DNA of 64,000 nucleotides from an uncultured Oligoflexia bacterium (lineage in GTDB: Bacteria; Bdellovibrionota; UBA1018; CAZJVD01): NCBI GenBank assembly GCA_964549505.1, contig CAZJVD010000006.1:94183-158182 (forward strand), written 5' to 3'. Each line of letters opens with the position of its first letter. The stretch's first letter is position 1. This document shows positions 10,820-19,705 of the stretch, piece by piece. Below the pieces are notes generated by a model. It was not told the DNA's origin. It saw only the letters and a list, made by a program, of their open reading frames with translations, and ran no database searches. A program made the translations under genes and the position numbers.

Positions 10820-11668
10820 CTACAGTTCCTCGTTCAGATGTGCCGGTGCGTTGGGCGCTTGAGTAATAACGAGAACCTCTTCGAGTTTCGCAAAGTTCAC
10901 ACTCGGCTTGACCTCCACCGATTGCGTGATCCCGAAACGTTCGCGATTGACCTGTGTGACGATGCCGACTGCGATTCCTTTTGGAAACACACCGCCAAGA
11001 CCGCTCGTGATCAAGAGATCGTCGACTTGAATATCGTCGGTTCGGAGAGCGTACTTCAGACGACAGGTTTCGTCCGAAGCGCCTTCCACAATGCCGCGAA
11101 CGCGCGACCGTTTGACCATCGCGTCCACAGCTGAGAGAGGATCCAAAATCGTCACGACGTCCGACGTGTCTTGGTTGACGCGCAAGACGCGTCCAACAAT
11201 GCCTTCGTTGCTAACGACGGCCATGTCTTCTTTGATGCCACTCGCGGAACCACGGTTCAGTCGGACCATTCGAAAATCCGTGGAAACGTCGGCTGCAATC
11301 ACGCGTGAGACGACGGTTTTGATTTTGTGAGTTTCGTTGAAAGCGAGCAAGTTTCTAAGGCGATCATTTTCTTGTGCCGTCTCACGCAAGCTGCTGACGA
11401 CATTCTGGAGGCGCTGGTTTTCGAGCGTGAGCTCGGCGTTGTCTTTTCGAACATGCACCATGTAGATGTAATTCTGAAAAAACGAGATCAAGGTATCGAG
11501 CGTCCACGTGATGCCGGCCTGTATGGGATAGGTGAGGCCCGAAAAAAACCGATCATAGAAGCGATAATCGCGCGGCGCGCGCGTGGCCGTATCGATCGAG
11601 ATGATAGGAATCAACAAGAAGAAAAAGAGAATCAGATAGAAGCGATACTCTTTAATGTATTTGATCAT
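10820..11668 (-). CDS. mreC: rod shape-determining protein MreC
   Basis: Start trimmed to MIKYIKEYRFYLILFFFLL (TM anchor). A coiled-coil is followed by the beta-barrel region GIVGRVLRV..DPLSAVDAMV..ITSGLGGVFPKGIAVG. No mreB lies upstream; the neighbouring gene is divergent. Confidence 0.85.
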   Translation of the reverse strand: MIKYIKEYRFYLILFFFLLIPIISIDTATRAPRDYRFYDRFFSGLTYPIQAGITWTLDTLISFFQNYIYMVHVRKDNAELTLENQRLQNVVSSLRETAQENDRLRNLLAFNETHKIKTVVSRVIAADVSTDFRMVRLNRGSASGIKEDMAVVSNEGIVGRVLRVNQDTSDVVTILDPLSAVDAMVKRSRVRGIVEGASDETCRLKYALRTDDIQVDDLLITSGLGGVFPKGIAVGIVTQVNRERFGITQSVEVKPSVNFAKLEEVLVITQAPNAPAHLNEEL

Positions 11669-11787
11669 GCGATCTTGAGTTCCGTGAGGGGTCCTTAGCC
11701 GCCGCCCCACTAAAATCCTAGTGGGCTGAGTCACAGATAACAAGACATTTGAACGTACGACGGGTCGTGATAAAACCGCTGAAATCT

Positions 11788-13032
11788 ATGCTGACATCTA
11801 TTCGCGATCGTTTTGGAAAACCTGTCATTTACTTTCTTGTCGTTTTTGTAGGATTCGTCTTCGTCTTTTGGGGCGTTTTCAATCCGAGTCAACAGTTCAG
11901 CGGCGGTATCGCTGGGAGCGTCAACGGAGAGCCGATTCTGGTCAGTGATTTCAGTCGTGAGCTCAATCAACGCCTGAATATGTATCGCCAGATGAACTTT
12001 CCAATGGATCAGCTCAAGAATCTTGGGATCCATAAGAGTATTTTTGACTCCATTGTTCGTAATCGCCTCATGATCCAGATGGCCCAGAAGGAAGGGATGG
12101 AGCCGGGTGATGAACGCATCCGCGAGAAGGTTCGCCAGATCAGCGCCTTTCAGAAAGACGGCAAGTTTGACGTGAAGCAGTATGAAGAGGTTTTAAAAGG
12201 AAACGGATACACGCCCTCCCGATTTGAGGCGATGATTCGAGAAGAGTTGATGGTCGATGCCTGGCGTGAGTTCTTTCAAAATTCGGTGCGTGTGAGCCGT
12301 CTTGAGTTAGAAGCCGAATATCGTGCGAGCGAAGAACGTCGCTCGGTCGGGATGCTGGTCTTCGATCGCGAGTATGCGAAAAAGAAGGTTTCTGTAGACC
12401 CTAAGGCGGTCCAGGCGTTGCTCGATGATGCGGCGAAGGTCAAGCTGCTCAGAACCCGTTACGACGCTCAAAAAGACAAGGCGTACAAGGGTAAAAGTTT
12501 CGACGCCGTGAAAACCGACCTCGCGCGCGCATGGGTGGCTTCGGAGAAGAGTGCTGACGTCAGCCAGATCTTCACCGATACCGCTCAATCCCTCGAGGCC
12601 GAGGTTGCCAAGATTGATTGGAAATCGAAATCAGCGCGTTCCGAGTTCGACGCCGCACTGAAGTCCAAAGGACTCATGAGTGCCGGTTGGAAACGCATGG
12701 ATGCCGTCAAGCGAGAGGAACTTCTGCCCCCTGGACTCGGGAAAGTCGATCTATTGACCGAACAGGCATTCGCCGCGAATTCCGAAATCGATCTCACGAA
12801 GGGCGGAAAGCCCAAGGTGTACCAGCACTACTCGGGTGTCGTCGTGGCCTTTGTCGATGGCGCGCAGCCAGCCGATGCGTCGAAGTTAAATGAACAAGAG
12901 CGCACCAAACTTTTGAATCAGCTCGCTGCTCAAAAACGGCAAGAGCTCTTCTCCGACTGGGTGAAGGGACTGCAGGACAAAGCCAAAGTGGAAATGAACG
13001 AAGAGATCTTAGGGATCGGACTTTCGTCGTAG
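11788..13032 (+). CDS. PpiD/SurA-N-like periplasmic chaperone (no obvious PPIase domain)
   Basis: Start trimmed to MLTSIRDRFGKPVIYFLVVFVGFVFVFWGV, the typical PpiD N-terminus with its TM anchor. The rest is helical chaperone-like sequence. At 414 aa it is shorter than canonical PpiD. Confidence 0.6.
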   Translation: MLTSIRDRFGKPVIYFLVVFVGFVFVFWGVFNPSQQFSGGIAGSVNGEPILVSDFSRELNQRLNMYRQMNFPMDQLKNLGIHKSIFDSIVRNRLMIQMAQKEGMEPGDERIREKVRQISAFQKDGKFDVKQYEEVLKGNGYTPSRFEAMIREELMVDAWREFFQNSVRVSRLELEAEYRASEERRSVGMLVFDREYAKKKVSVDPKAVQALLDDAAKVKLLRTRYDAQKDKAYKGKSFDAVKTDLARAWVASEKSADVSQIFTDTAQSLEAEVAKIDWKSKSARSEFDAALKSKGLMSAGWKRMDAVKREELLPPGLGKVDLLTEQAFAANSEIDLTKGGKPKVYQHYSGVVVAFVDGAQPADASKLNEQERTKLLNQLAAQKRQELFSDWVKGLQDKAKVEMNEEILGIGLSS

Positions 13033-13215
13033 CGGTTTAAGATCATTGTGGCGTTGGAGTTGTGATGGGCGATCGAGTTGTCCATTGGGCTGTCGACGCT
13101 CGACTGTTATGCCGTTAAGCCCGTGCTCACCTGGGCCGGACCATGTGCTTTTTTACATGGTTGGTGGCCGACGCATCGAAAAGAAGTCGGAAAACGCGCC
13201 ATGCACATCCGCAGC

Positions 13216-13240
13216 AAAACGTGACTGAATCTCACGTTTT
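13216..13240. terminator. weak AT-rich hairpin between convergent genes (possible bidirectional terminator)
   Basis: AAAACGTGA-ctgaatc-TCACGTTTT: a 9-bp stem whose outer A/T runs could serve either strand. Stem stability is low. Confidence 0.3.
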
Positions 13241-13273
13241 GAGCGCGGCGCATTTTAATAAGGCTTCCTTATG

Positions 13274-14131
13274 TTAAGCCGTCCGCCCAACCGCAGCCTC
13301 TGCGAACGCGCGTAACCTTTTCACAAACACCTCGCGCACTTCGAACGGTAGGCCATGTCCTGCGCCAGGCACTTCTTCGAAGACGATCGAAGGGTACACG
13401 GCAAAACGTTTCTGCTCTTTTAAGAAGTCGTCGCGTTTCCACACGCCGCTTTCCGCGCCTCGTAAGATCAAAACTGGAATTCCGTTTTCGCCGGCCTTAG
13501 CGAGGTAACTTGAGACATCGCTCGCAGCCGCACCTTCCAAGGTTTTGAGGAGAGTAGGCTGGTCAAACGGAAACCGGAATCCGCCATCAGGATGTGGTTC
13601 CAGAGCTGCCATGAGGTACTGAGCCATCGATGGATCCGGAGTTTTGGACTCCGCAAAGCTGCGAGCCTCCGCCCGCGTTTCAAATCGTGCCGGAACGTGA
13701 GCGAAGAATGTCTCGAGCGCCTTTCCCATTCCACCCCCAGCAGGTCCGGAAAATCCGATGTCGATCAAGACCATGCCTGTCACAAGTTCTGGTGCTACGT
13801 GGTAGAGCGCGCAAGCGGATCGGACGCCCATCGAGTGTCCGACGATGACGGCGCGACCGACGCGAAGATCAGCGAGGGTCTCGGCGATATCGCGACCGAA
13901 ATCCTCGGGTCTCGCACTGGCGTCCTCCGGTGAATTTCCAGGACTCATACCAGGGCTTTTGCCAAGGCTTTTACCATGACCACGTTGGTCGAGAGCGAGG
14001 ACGCGAAATCGATCCTCGAGACCGGCCGCGATGGGGCGCCAAAGGTTCGCAGTGCCACCCATTCCGTGAAGCAAGACGATGGTGGCGAGTTCGTGACCTT
14101 GAGCAGGCCATGCTCTTACGTGCAGTCGCAT
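13274..14131 (-). CDS. alpha/beta-fold hydrolase
   Basis: HGMGG oxyanion region and GHSMG nucleophile elbow, with a C-terminal ..GAGHGLPFE histidine region. Length 285 aa. Confidence 0.8.
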   Translation of the reverse strand: MRLHVRAWPAQGHELATIVLLHGMGGTANLWRPIAAGLEDRFRVLALDQRGHGKSLGKSPGMSPGNSPEDASARPEDFGRDIAETLADLRVGRAVIVGHSMGVRSACALYHVAPELVTGMVLIDIGFSGPAGGGMGKALETFFAHVPARFETRAEARSFAESKTPDPSMAQYLMAALEPHPDGGFRFPFDQPTLLKTLEGAAASDVSSYLAKAGENGIPVLILRGAESGVWKRDDFLKEQKRFAVYPSIVFEEVPGAGHGLPFEVREVFVKRLRAFAEAAVGRTA

Positions 14132-14276
14132 ATTGACAGTTGCTGACTTTCACATAACATACCCCGAAGTAGGTCTTCTAGCGGGTTAAAGGGGGGGCAC
14201 TTTTATTTCCGCACACCAGAGTCACCAAAATCATGAGACGCGTGTTCTCGAAACTGAGGCCGGTCGTCTTCTTGAA

Positions 14277-15416
14277 TTGGGCCAGCTTCAGTCGGAGAAA
14301 TGTGATCTCGCGAGCGCGCGTAAAACCTGGCAACAGGCTCGTGTCCTCGCCGAGCAAGCGGGCAATCCACTCATCGAGGGTGAGGCGCTCGCAGGTCTTT
14401 TGCGGCTCGCGGCCGAGGCTTGCGATGACGATGCGATCGCACGCTACGATGAAGAGATCGAAGCGCTTTCGCGTCGGTTTCCGGACACCGTAGCTTCTAA
14501 AGTTTGGTATTGCCGCGGGATCGTGGCGATGTACCGCGATCAGTGGTTGAAGGCCCAACGAGAATTTCATATTTATCTTCGCAAAACGCGTGAGGTGATG
14601 ACGGGCCGAGATCAAGCGCCGCATTTTGCACGAGCGTTTTGCATGCTTGCGAATCTTTTTATCCAACGTGGACATCCACGGCGAGCGCAGCGTGTGCTGG
14701 AGTGGCTCAAGAGTGAGTATCAAGGCAAGCGGTTGCCCAGTATCGACGGGACGATCGCGCTTGTTCAGGGTCACCTTTACGAACGTGAAGGCGATCTGAA
14801 ACGCGCGATGGAGTGGTTTCAAAAATCGCACACGTCCTTCATGGCGGAGCATCACTGGTACTTCCTGCTCTACGTACACTATGGTTACGCGCGGATCGCT
14901 CGTCTCGAGAAAAACTACAAGCAGGCTTATTTTCACCTAGATTTGATAAAAAAAGCGACCGATGCCCCGGAGTTTGCGGTTCTACGCAAAGAGATGGAGA
15001 TCGAGTCGAGTCGCCTCGAAGGTGATGTTGTCGACATCCTAGTGGATCGTGACCGCGGTCTTGTTAAGACGAAAGATGGTGGCACAGTCGACTTTCGTAA
15101 ACAGTACTTGCTCCTCGATATCCTTGCGGCGCTCTCCGTTGCGAGCAGTGATGAGGCGCCACAAGCTTCAGAAAAAACAGGTGGTCTTTCGAAGGCCGAG
15201 CTTATCCAACGTGTTTGGCGCGAGAACTACCGCGCTGAAGCGCACGACAACAAGCTCTATTACAATATCAATCGGTTACGAAAACTAATCGAGCCGGATG
15301 TGCGCCATCCCAAGTACTTGATCAACTGGAAAGAGGGCTACCGACTAGCTCCGGGACTACGTGTGCGGTTCACACGAGATGTGTCGGAAGAGTCGGGGAC
15401 TCCGAAGCTCGCTTGA
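14277..15416 (+). CDS. transcriptional regulator: TPR-like N-terminal region plus C-terminal OmpR/PhoB-type winged helix
   Basis: The C-terminus (LSKAELIQRVWRENYRAEAHDNKLYYNINRLRKLIE..YLINWKEGYRL) matches the trans_reg_C pattern. Upstream repeats are helical and TPR-like. The only start candidate is TTG 14277 (see findings). Confidence 0.6.
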   Translation: MGQLQSEKCDLASARKTWQQARVLAEQAGNPLIEGEALAGLLRLAAEACDDDAIARYDEEIEALSRRFPDTVASKVWYCRGIVAMYRDQWLKAQREFHIYLRKTREVMTGRDQAPHFARAFCMLANLFIQRGHPRRAQRVLEWLKSEYQGKRLPSIDGTIALVQGHLYEREGDLKRAMEWFQKSHTSFMAEHHWYFLLYVHYGYARIARLEKNYKQAYFHLDLIKKATDAPEFAVLRKEMEIESSRLEGDVVDILVDRDRGLVKTKDGGTVDFRKQYLLLDILAALSVASSDEAPQASEKTGGLSKAELIQRVWRENYRAEAHDNKLYYNINRLRKLIEPDVRHPKYLINWKEGYRLAPGLRVRFTRDVSEESGTPKLA

Positions 15417-18399
15417 ACGAATAGCCTGCGTTCACGAGGGCCACCGCTGTCTCCGAATGTGGAAGTCGCACGATCGTCTCCGGTGTTCCCGCGCCCAGCA
15501 AGTGTCCGCCTTTTGCGCCACCCTCAGGACCGAGGTCCACGATCCAATCGGCCTGCGCGATCACGTCGATTTGATGTTCAATCATGACTACGGTGTGCCG
15601 ATCGTGAACAAGGTCATGAATCACGTTCACCAGTTTCTGAATATCGTCGAGGTGCAAACCCGTTGTTGGTTCGTCGAAAATAAAAAGGTTCAGTCCACTC
15701 GTGCGCTCATCCAGAACGGATGCGATCTTCAGGCGCTGCGATTCACCACCCGACAGCGTCGTCGCGGGTTGTCCGAGTTTGAGGTAACCAAGACCGACAT
15801 CGCGTAAGAGGCCAAGCTTTCGCACCAGAATCGAGTTGTCTCGGTACAGATCGAAGACTTCGTCGATCGATGTTTGCAGAAGTTCGTGGACATTTTTTCC
15901 GCGCGACTGAATATCAAGAATGTCTTTTCGAAACCGCTTGCCATCACATGTCTCGCACGGAATGGAAACGGTCTCCATAAAGTGCATATCCAGATCGATC
16001 GAACCTTCGCCTTTGCACTGCGAACAGCGGCCACCGTCGACATTGAATGAGAAATGCTGCGGTGTCAGGCCACGTCGACCTGCGAGCGTTTGCGTGGCGT
16101 AAATCCGCCGAAACTCTTCCCAGACTTTCAGATAAGTCGCTGCATTGGATCGTGACGTGCGTCCAATCGGTTTTTGATCGAGCAACACCACTCCAGACAG
16201 ATGTTCGGCGCCGTAAAGGCGATCGAACGCTCCGGTCTCGGGAGGGATATCGCGCTTTTCAATAGCCGCCTGAACAGCGTGGTAAAGCGTTTTGTGAACG
16301 AGCGTGCTCTTGCCCGATCCAGAGACACCCGTGACGACAGTCCAGCGCTCCAATGGGAACTCCACCGAGATGTCTTTGAGATTATGTTCGCGACAACCCT
16401 CGAGATTGAGCGAATGCGTGAAAAGCGTACGCGGCCGTGCGGGGCGCTTGAGGCGCGGTTCGCCTCGAAAATACTTGCCCGTGACCGACTCGGGATTAGT
16501 CGACAGGTCGAACACGGTTCCCTTTGCGGTGATCGTGCCGCCACGTCGACCTGCGCCCGGTCCCAGTTCTATCAAGTGGTCAGCCGCCTGCATGACTTCG
16601 AGATCGTGTTCGACAACAACAACGGTGTTGCCCTGGTCGCGTAACGACCGCAGAACACCAATCAGTCGCTCGGTGTCGCTGGGATGAAGGCCAATCGACG
16701 GCTCGTCGAGAACGTAGAGCGTCCCACAGAGGCCGTGCCCAAGCTGAGTCGCAAGATGTATGCGTTGAAACTCCCCACCGCTCAGCGTTCGCGTCTGACG
16801 AGCTCCATTCAGATATCCTACGCCGACCGAGACCAAAAACTTCAGGCGCTGTGAGAGTTGCGCGAGCGCTTCACCCGCCACATGCCGATCGTGCGGGTTG
16901 AGCCTGAGTGCCGTGATCCACTGGTCCAGATCAACAAGGGAGAGATCCATGAGTTCATCGATACGCTTGTCTTGAAGGCGCACAAAGGCCGCTTCGGGTC
17001 TCAGCTTGCTTCCTTTGCAGACGGGGCAGAGTGACTGCGATTGATAGCGTCGGATAAAAACGCGGACGTGAATCTTGTACTTTTTCGTACTGAGATATTC
17101 GAAGCAGCCTCGAATACCTTCAAAAACATTTGTCTTGGCTTCCCTTTTGGGCTTGCCGTCCCGTGCGCTGTCGCCCTCGCCATTCCAAAGAAGCGTGCGC
17201 TCGGACTTGGTGAGCTCACGATAGCGTTTTCCAATCGAGATTCCGTTCCGTTCGGCGAACTTAAAAAGCCCGTCCTGCCATTCGGTCATCGAAGGCTTCG
17301 AGAACGGATCAATGGCACCATCCTTGAGCGTCCGTGACGGTTCCGGAACCACTTTCCCCTCATCGAGCTCAAGGGTGAAGCCAAAGCCGCTGCAGCGCGG
17401 GCACGCGCCTTGCGGATGATTGAACGAAAACATCTGGGGTGTCGGCAGTGTCGCGAGCTTTCCGCAGGACTTACATCGAAACTCGCGATCGAATGCTTTC
17501 ATCTTTGAGTGGTCGAGATCAAAGATGATCATCTGATTTTTACCGACCCGAAACGCTTGATGAATCGAATCGCGAACGCGCGACTCCTGATCGACGTCCC
17601 AACGGGCGGGTGCAATCCAGCGATCAATGATGACCCAGACCTCGGTTTGCGCCGCATACTCTTTTCTGTCGACCGCCGCGAGGGCCGTATCCAAGTCGAT
17701 CACTTCGGCCTGGCGTCTGGGCTCGCGCACCAGAACGCGCTGATAACCTTGCTCGAGCAGGATTTCGAAAAGACTTCGGAACGATAACGGTGACGTGGGG
17801 TGCACCGTGGTTGTCTTGTGAACCGTCTTCGGTGGTTTTGCTTTTGGTTTCTTAGCTGTGCTTTTAGCGGCTGCTTTTTTGCCGGTCCCGTTCGACTTAC
17901 CGCTCGTACTCGTGGCGGCGGAACTGACGCTGTTCATGACAACCGGTGCGGCGATTAAGATCTTTGTTTTGGTTTCCTGTTTTTTGAGAAACTCAAGAAC
18001 GGTGTCTTCCGTCGCGTGGGAAATCTTGGTTCCGCATTCCGAACAGAACGTTTCCCCGAGACGCGCGAAAAGCACGCGAAAATAGTCGTAGATCTCGGTC
18101 TGGGTTCCGACCGTGCTTCTTGAGTTCATAACGTGATTGCGTTGTTCGAGCGCGATGGCCGGTGGGATGTTCTCAACCCGATCCAGATCGGGTCGGGGCA
18201 TCTTTTCTAAAAACTGTCGTGTGTAGGTCGACAGACTCTCGACGTATCGGCGCTGGCCTTCGGCGTACAGCGTGTCGAACGCAAGACTGCTCTTTCCCGA
18301 TCCGGATACACCGGTGATCACCGTGAGCTTCTCGGAAGGAATTTCGACCGTGATATTCTTTAGGTTGTTCTGGCGTAGGCCTTCTAGTCGAATGGACAT
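15370..18399 (-). CDS. uvrA: UvrA-type excinuclease ABC subunit A (1009 aa) with a basic low-complexity insertion
   Basis: Two ABC ATPase modules (GVSGSGKSSLAFDTLYAEGQRRYVESLS.., second GVSGSGKSTL), zinc-finger CxxC pairs and signature LSGGE motifs. I cannot tell whether it is the canonical UvrA or a paralogue. Confidence 0.85.
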   Translation of the reverse strand: MSIRLEGLRQNNLKNITVEIPSEKLTVITGVSGSGKSSLAFDTLYAEGQRRYVESLSTYTRQFLEKMPRPDLDRVENIPPAIALEQRNHVMNSRSTVGTQTEIYDYFRVLFARLGETFCSECGTKISHATEDTVLEFLKKQETKTKILIAAPVVMNSVSSAATSTSGKSNGTGKKAAAKSTAKKPKAKPPKTVHKTTTVHPTSPLSFRSLFEILLEQGYQRVLVREPRRQAEVIDLDTALAAVDRKEYAAQTEVWVIIDRWIAPARWDVDQESRVRDSIHQAFRVGKNQMIIFDLDHSKMKAFDREFRCKSCGKLATLPTPQMFSFNHPQGACPRCSGFGFTLELDEGKVVPEPSRTLKDGAIDPFSKPSMTEWQDGLFKFAERNGISIGKRYRELTKSERTLLWNGEGDSARDGKPKREAKTNVFEGIRGCFEYLSTKKYKIHVRVFIRRYQSQSLCPVCKGSKLRPEAAFVRLQDKRIDELMDLSLVDLDQWITALRLNPHDRHVAGEALAQLSQRLKFLVSVGVGYLNGARQTRTLSGGEFQRIHLATQLGHGLCGTLYVLDEPSIGLHPSDTERLIGVLRSLRDQGNTVVVVEHDLEVMQAADHLIELGPGAGRRGGTITAKGTVFDLSTNPESVTGKYFRGEPRLKRPARPRTLFTHSLNLEGCREHNLKDISVEFPLERWTVVTGVSGSGKSTLVHKTLYHAVQAAIEKRDIPPETGAFDRLYGAEHLSGVVLLDQKPIGRTSRSNAATYLKVWEEFRRIYATQTLAGRRGLTPQHFSFNVDGGRCSQCKGEGSIDLDMHFMETVSIPCETCDGKRFRKDILDIQSRGKNVHELLQTSIDEVFDLYRDNSILVRKLGLLRDVGLGYLKLGQPATTLSGGESQRLKIASVLDERTSGLNLFIFDEPTTGLHLDDIQKLVNVIHDLVHDRHTVVMIEHQIDVIAQADWIVDLGPEGGAKGGHLLGAGTPETIVRLPHSETAVALVNAGYSFKRASESPTLPTHLV

Positions 18400-18446
18400 T
18401 TTGCGTGAGGGTCATCCTACATTTGTTTAATTATTAGACAAGACAA

Positions 18447-18466
18447 ATGGTGCCATTGTGCACCAT
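18447..18466. promoter_or_regulatory. 7-bp inverted repeat in the divergent uvrA/hypothetical promoter region
   Basis: ATGGTGC-cattgt-GCACCAT lies between the divergent starts at 18399 and 18560. No factor can be assigned. Confidence 0.25.
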
Positions 18467-18559
18467 CCCTTTGGTATTACACAGGAATTCGTGTTACTTC
18501 GAACCCTGAATTTTGGCACTTTCATTGCGAAGTGGGGGCGCGGAAGAAGGAGAGTCTCT

Positions 18560-19006
18560 GTGACCACTCTCGTAGTAAAAAGAAAATCAAAAACCTGGTG
18601 GATGTTTGCCTCGCTGACCCTTGTGATCGCGATGGCTGCTGTGTTCTCTTCGAGTTCGAACGCACTCGAGCAGGTTGCCGGTCGTCCTAAGCTATCTCCG
18701 CCTAAGCTATCGGCGCATGCCTCGAAGCGGACGCTGCCGCGTGGAAAGCGGCACGGGATTACAAACGATACGGCCCTCTATCAAGAACTTTCCGAAATCA
18801 CGGTTCCAAAATCGAAACCCAATGTTCACAAAGCGCTCTTAGCGCTGATCGAAAAGGAAGATCGTTATATCTCGGACGAATCCCGTCACAGCGGGGCGTT
18901 TACGGCGCGCGCACGTCGTGAAGACCGTATGAGCCGTCTTACGGGGCCCGTGGATCGCATTCTCAAACGGCCTGACGTTCGTTTACGTAAGAAAGCGCGA
19001 AACTAG
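18560..19006 (+). CDS. hypothetical secreted or membrane-anchored protein
   Basis: Start trimmed to GTG 18560, with AAGGAG about 7 nt upstream. It has a TM/signal segment (WWMFASLTLVIAMAAVFSSSS) and a basic C-terminus. Confidence 0.45.
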   Translation: MTTLVVKRKSKTWWMFASLTLVIAMAAVFSSSSNALEQVAGRPKLSPPKLSAHASKRTLPRGKRHGITNDTALYQELSEITVPKSKPNVHKALLALIEKEDRYISDESRHSGAFTARARREDRMSRLTGPVDRILKRPDVRLRKKARN

Positions 19007-19078
19007 CCTCTTTTTCGTAGTAAGCCGTTCGATAAAAAACGATAGGTTCCTAACGTCGCATTTGCTAGAAGCGTCTTC

Positions 19079-19705
19079 GTGCGATCGACTCTTGCCATCA
19101 TTTCCGTTGTCACGATCTTCTATTTTCCCAGTGTATTCGCAGCTACGACTGCGCCGTCGTCGGCATGCTCGCAGACGATTGAGGGAAGAAGCAGTCTCAC
19201 ATATTGGTTGCGTCCCGGCATCTATAAGGGCTTAACGCCGGCTGCTTGGAGTGCTGTTCGCGTCGGTGAATTCGAGATGACCGTCGATGCGGAAAAGATC
19301 ACTGTACGGAGAGCGACGGGACTTGAGGTTATTGAAGAAACCTTCCTTGTGAAAAACTATTCTGTCATTTTGCCTGAGAAGCTCGCTGGAGAGTTTCTAG
19401 GCGGAACCGACGCCGTTCGTAGTTTGTTCGACAATGCGGTGGGATTTAAGCATTCTGACGATCAGGGACCGACGTTCGTTTTTTCCGGAGACCGAGCACC
19501 TATAAACCCTAAAGTTCTCATAAAAGTGGGCCTGGGTGACGTCCTAGGGAACACCTTCGCCTTCTCTCCGACGCAACGACACTTTGGTCTTTATTGGCTT
19601 CATATGACCATGATGGAGTGGTTCCATCGTAGCCGTCGACCCGAGGGCAGCCGTGTCATTGTCCCACGTCTCAGGTACCACGGGACCGCAGGACGCGCGC
19701 GTTAA
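19079..19705 (+). CDS. hypothetical secreted protein
   Basis: ORF track. Signal peptide MRSTLAIISVVTIFYFPSVFA/ATT. No recognisable domain. Confidence 0.5.
   Translation: MRSTLAIISVVTIFYFPSVFAATTAPSSACSQTIEGRSSLTYWLRPGIYKGLTPAAWSAVRVGEFEMTVDAEKITVRRATGLEVIEETFLVKNYSVILPEKLAGEFLGGTDAVRSLFDNAVGFKHSDDQGPTFVFSGDRAPINPKVLIKVGLGDVLGNTFAFSPTQRHFGLYWLHMTMMEWFHRSRRPEGSRVIVPRLRYHGTAGRAR

Noticed and set aside
13033-13273. 240-nt intergenic region considered as an SRP, 6S or other housekeeping RNA, or as the 60-aa ORF 13046..13228
   Set aside because: It does not match the conserved SRP (GGAA-containing helix 8), 6S, tmRNA or RNase P cores as I know them. The ORF is Cys/Arg-rich with no SD. Only a weak hairpin (13216-13240) is retained.
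14178-14936. 252-aa ORF antisense to the TPR-wHTH regulator gene
   Set aside because: It lies entirely inside a better-supported gene on the other strand. It has an Arg/Leu/Ser-rich shadow composition typical of GC-rich antisense frames, with no motif and no SD.
18400-18559. LexA/SOS box in front of the uvrA-type gene
   Set aside because: No TTAC-n3-GTAA (the Bdellovibrio type), no CTGT-n8-ACAG, and no delta-proteobacterial-type box. Only a 7-bp inverted repeat of unknown meaning is present.
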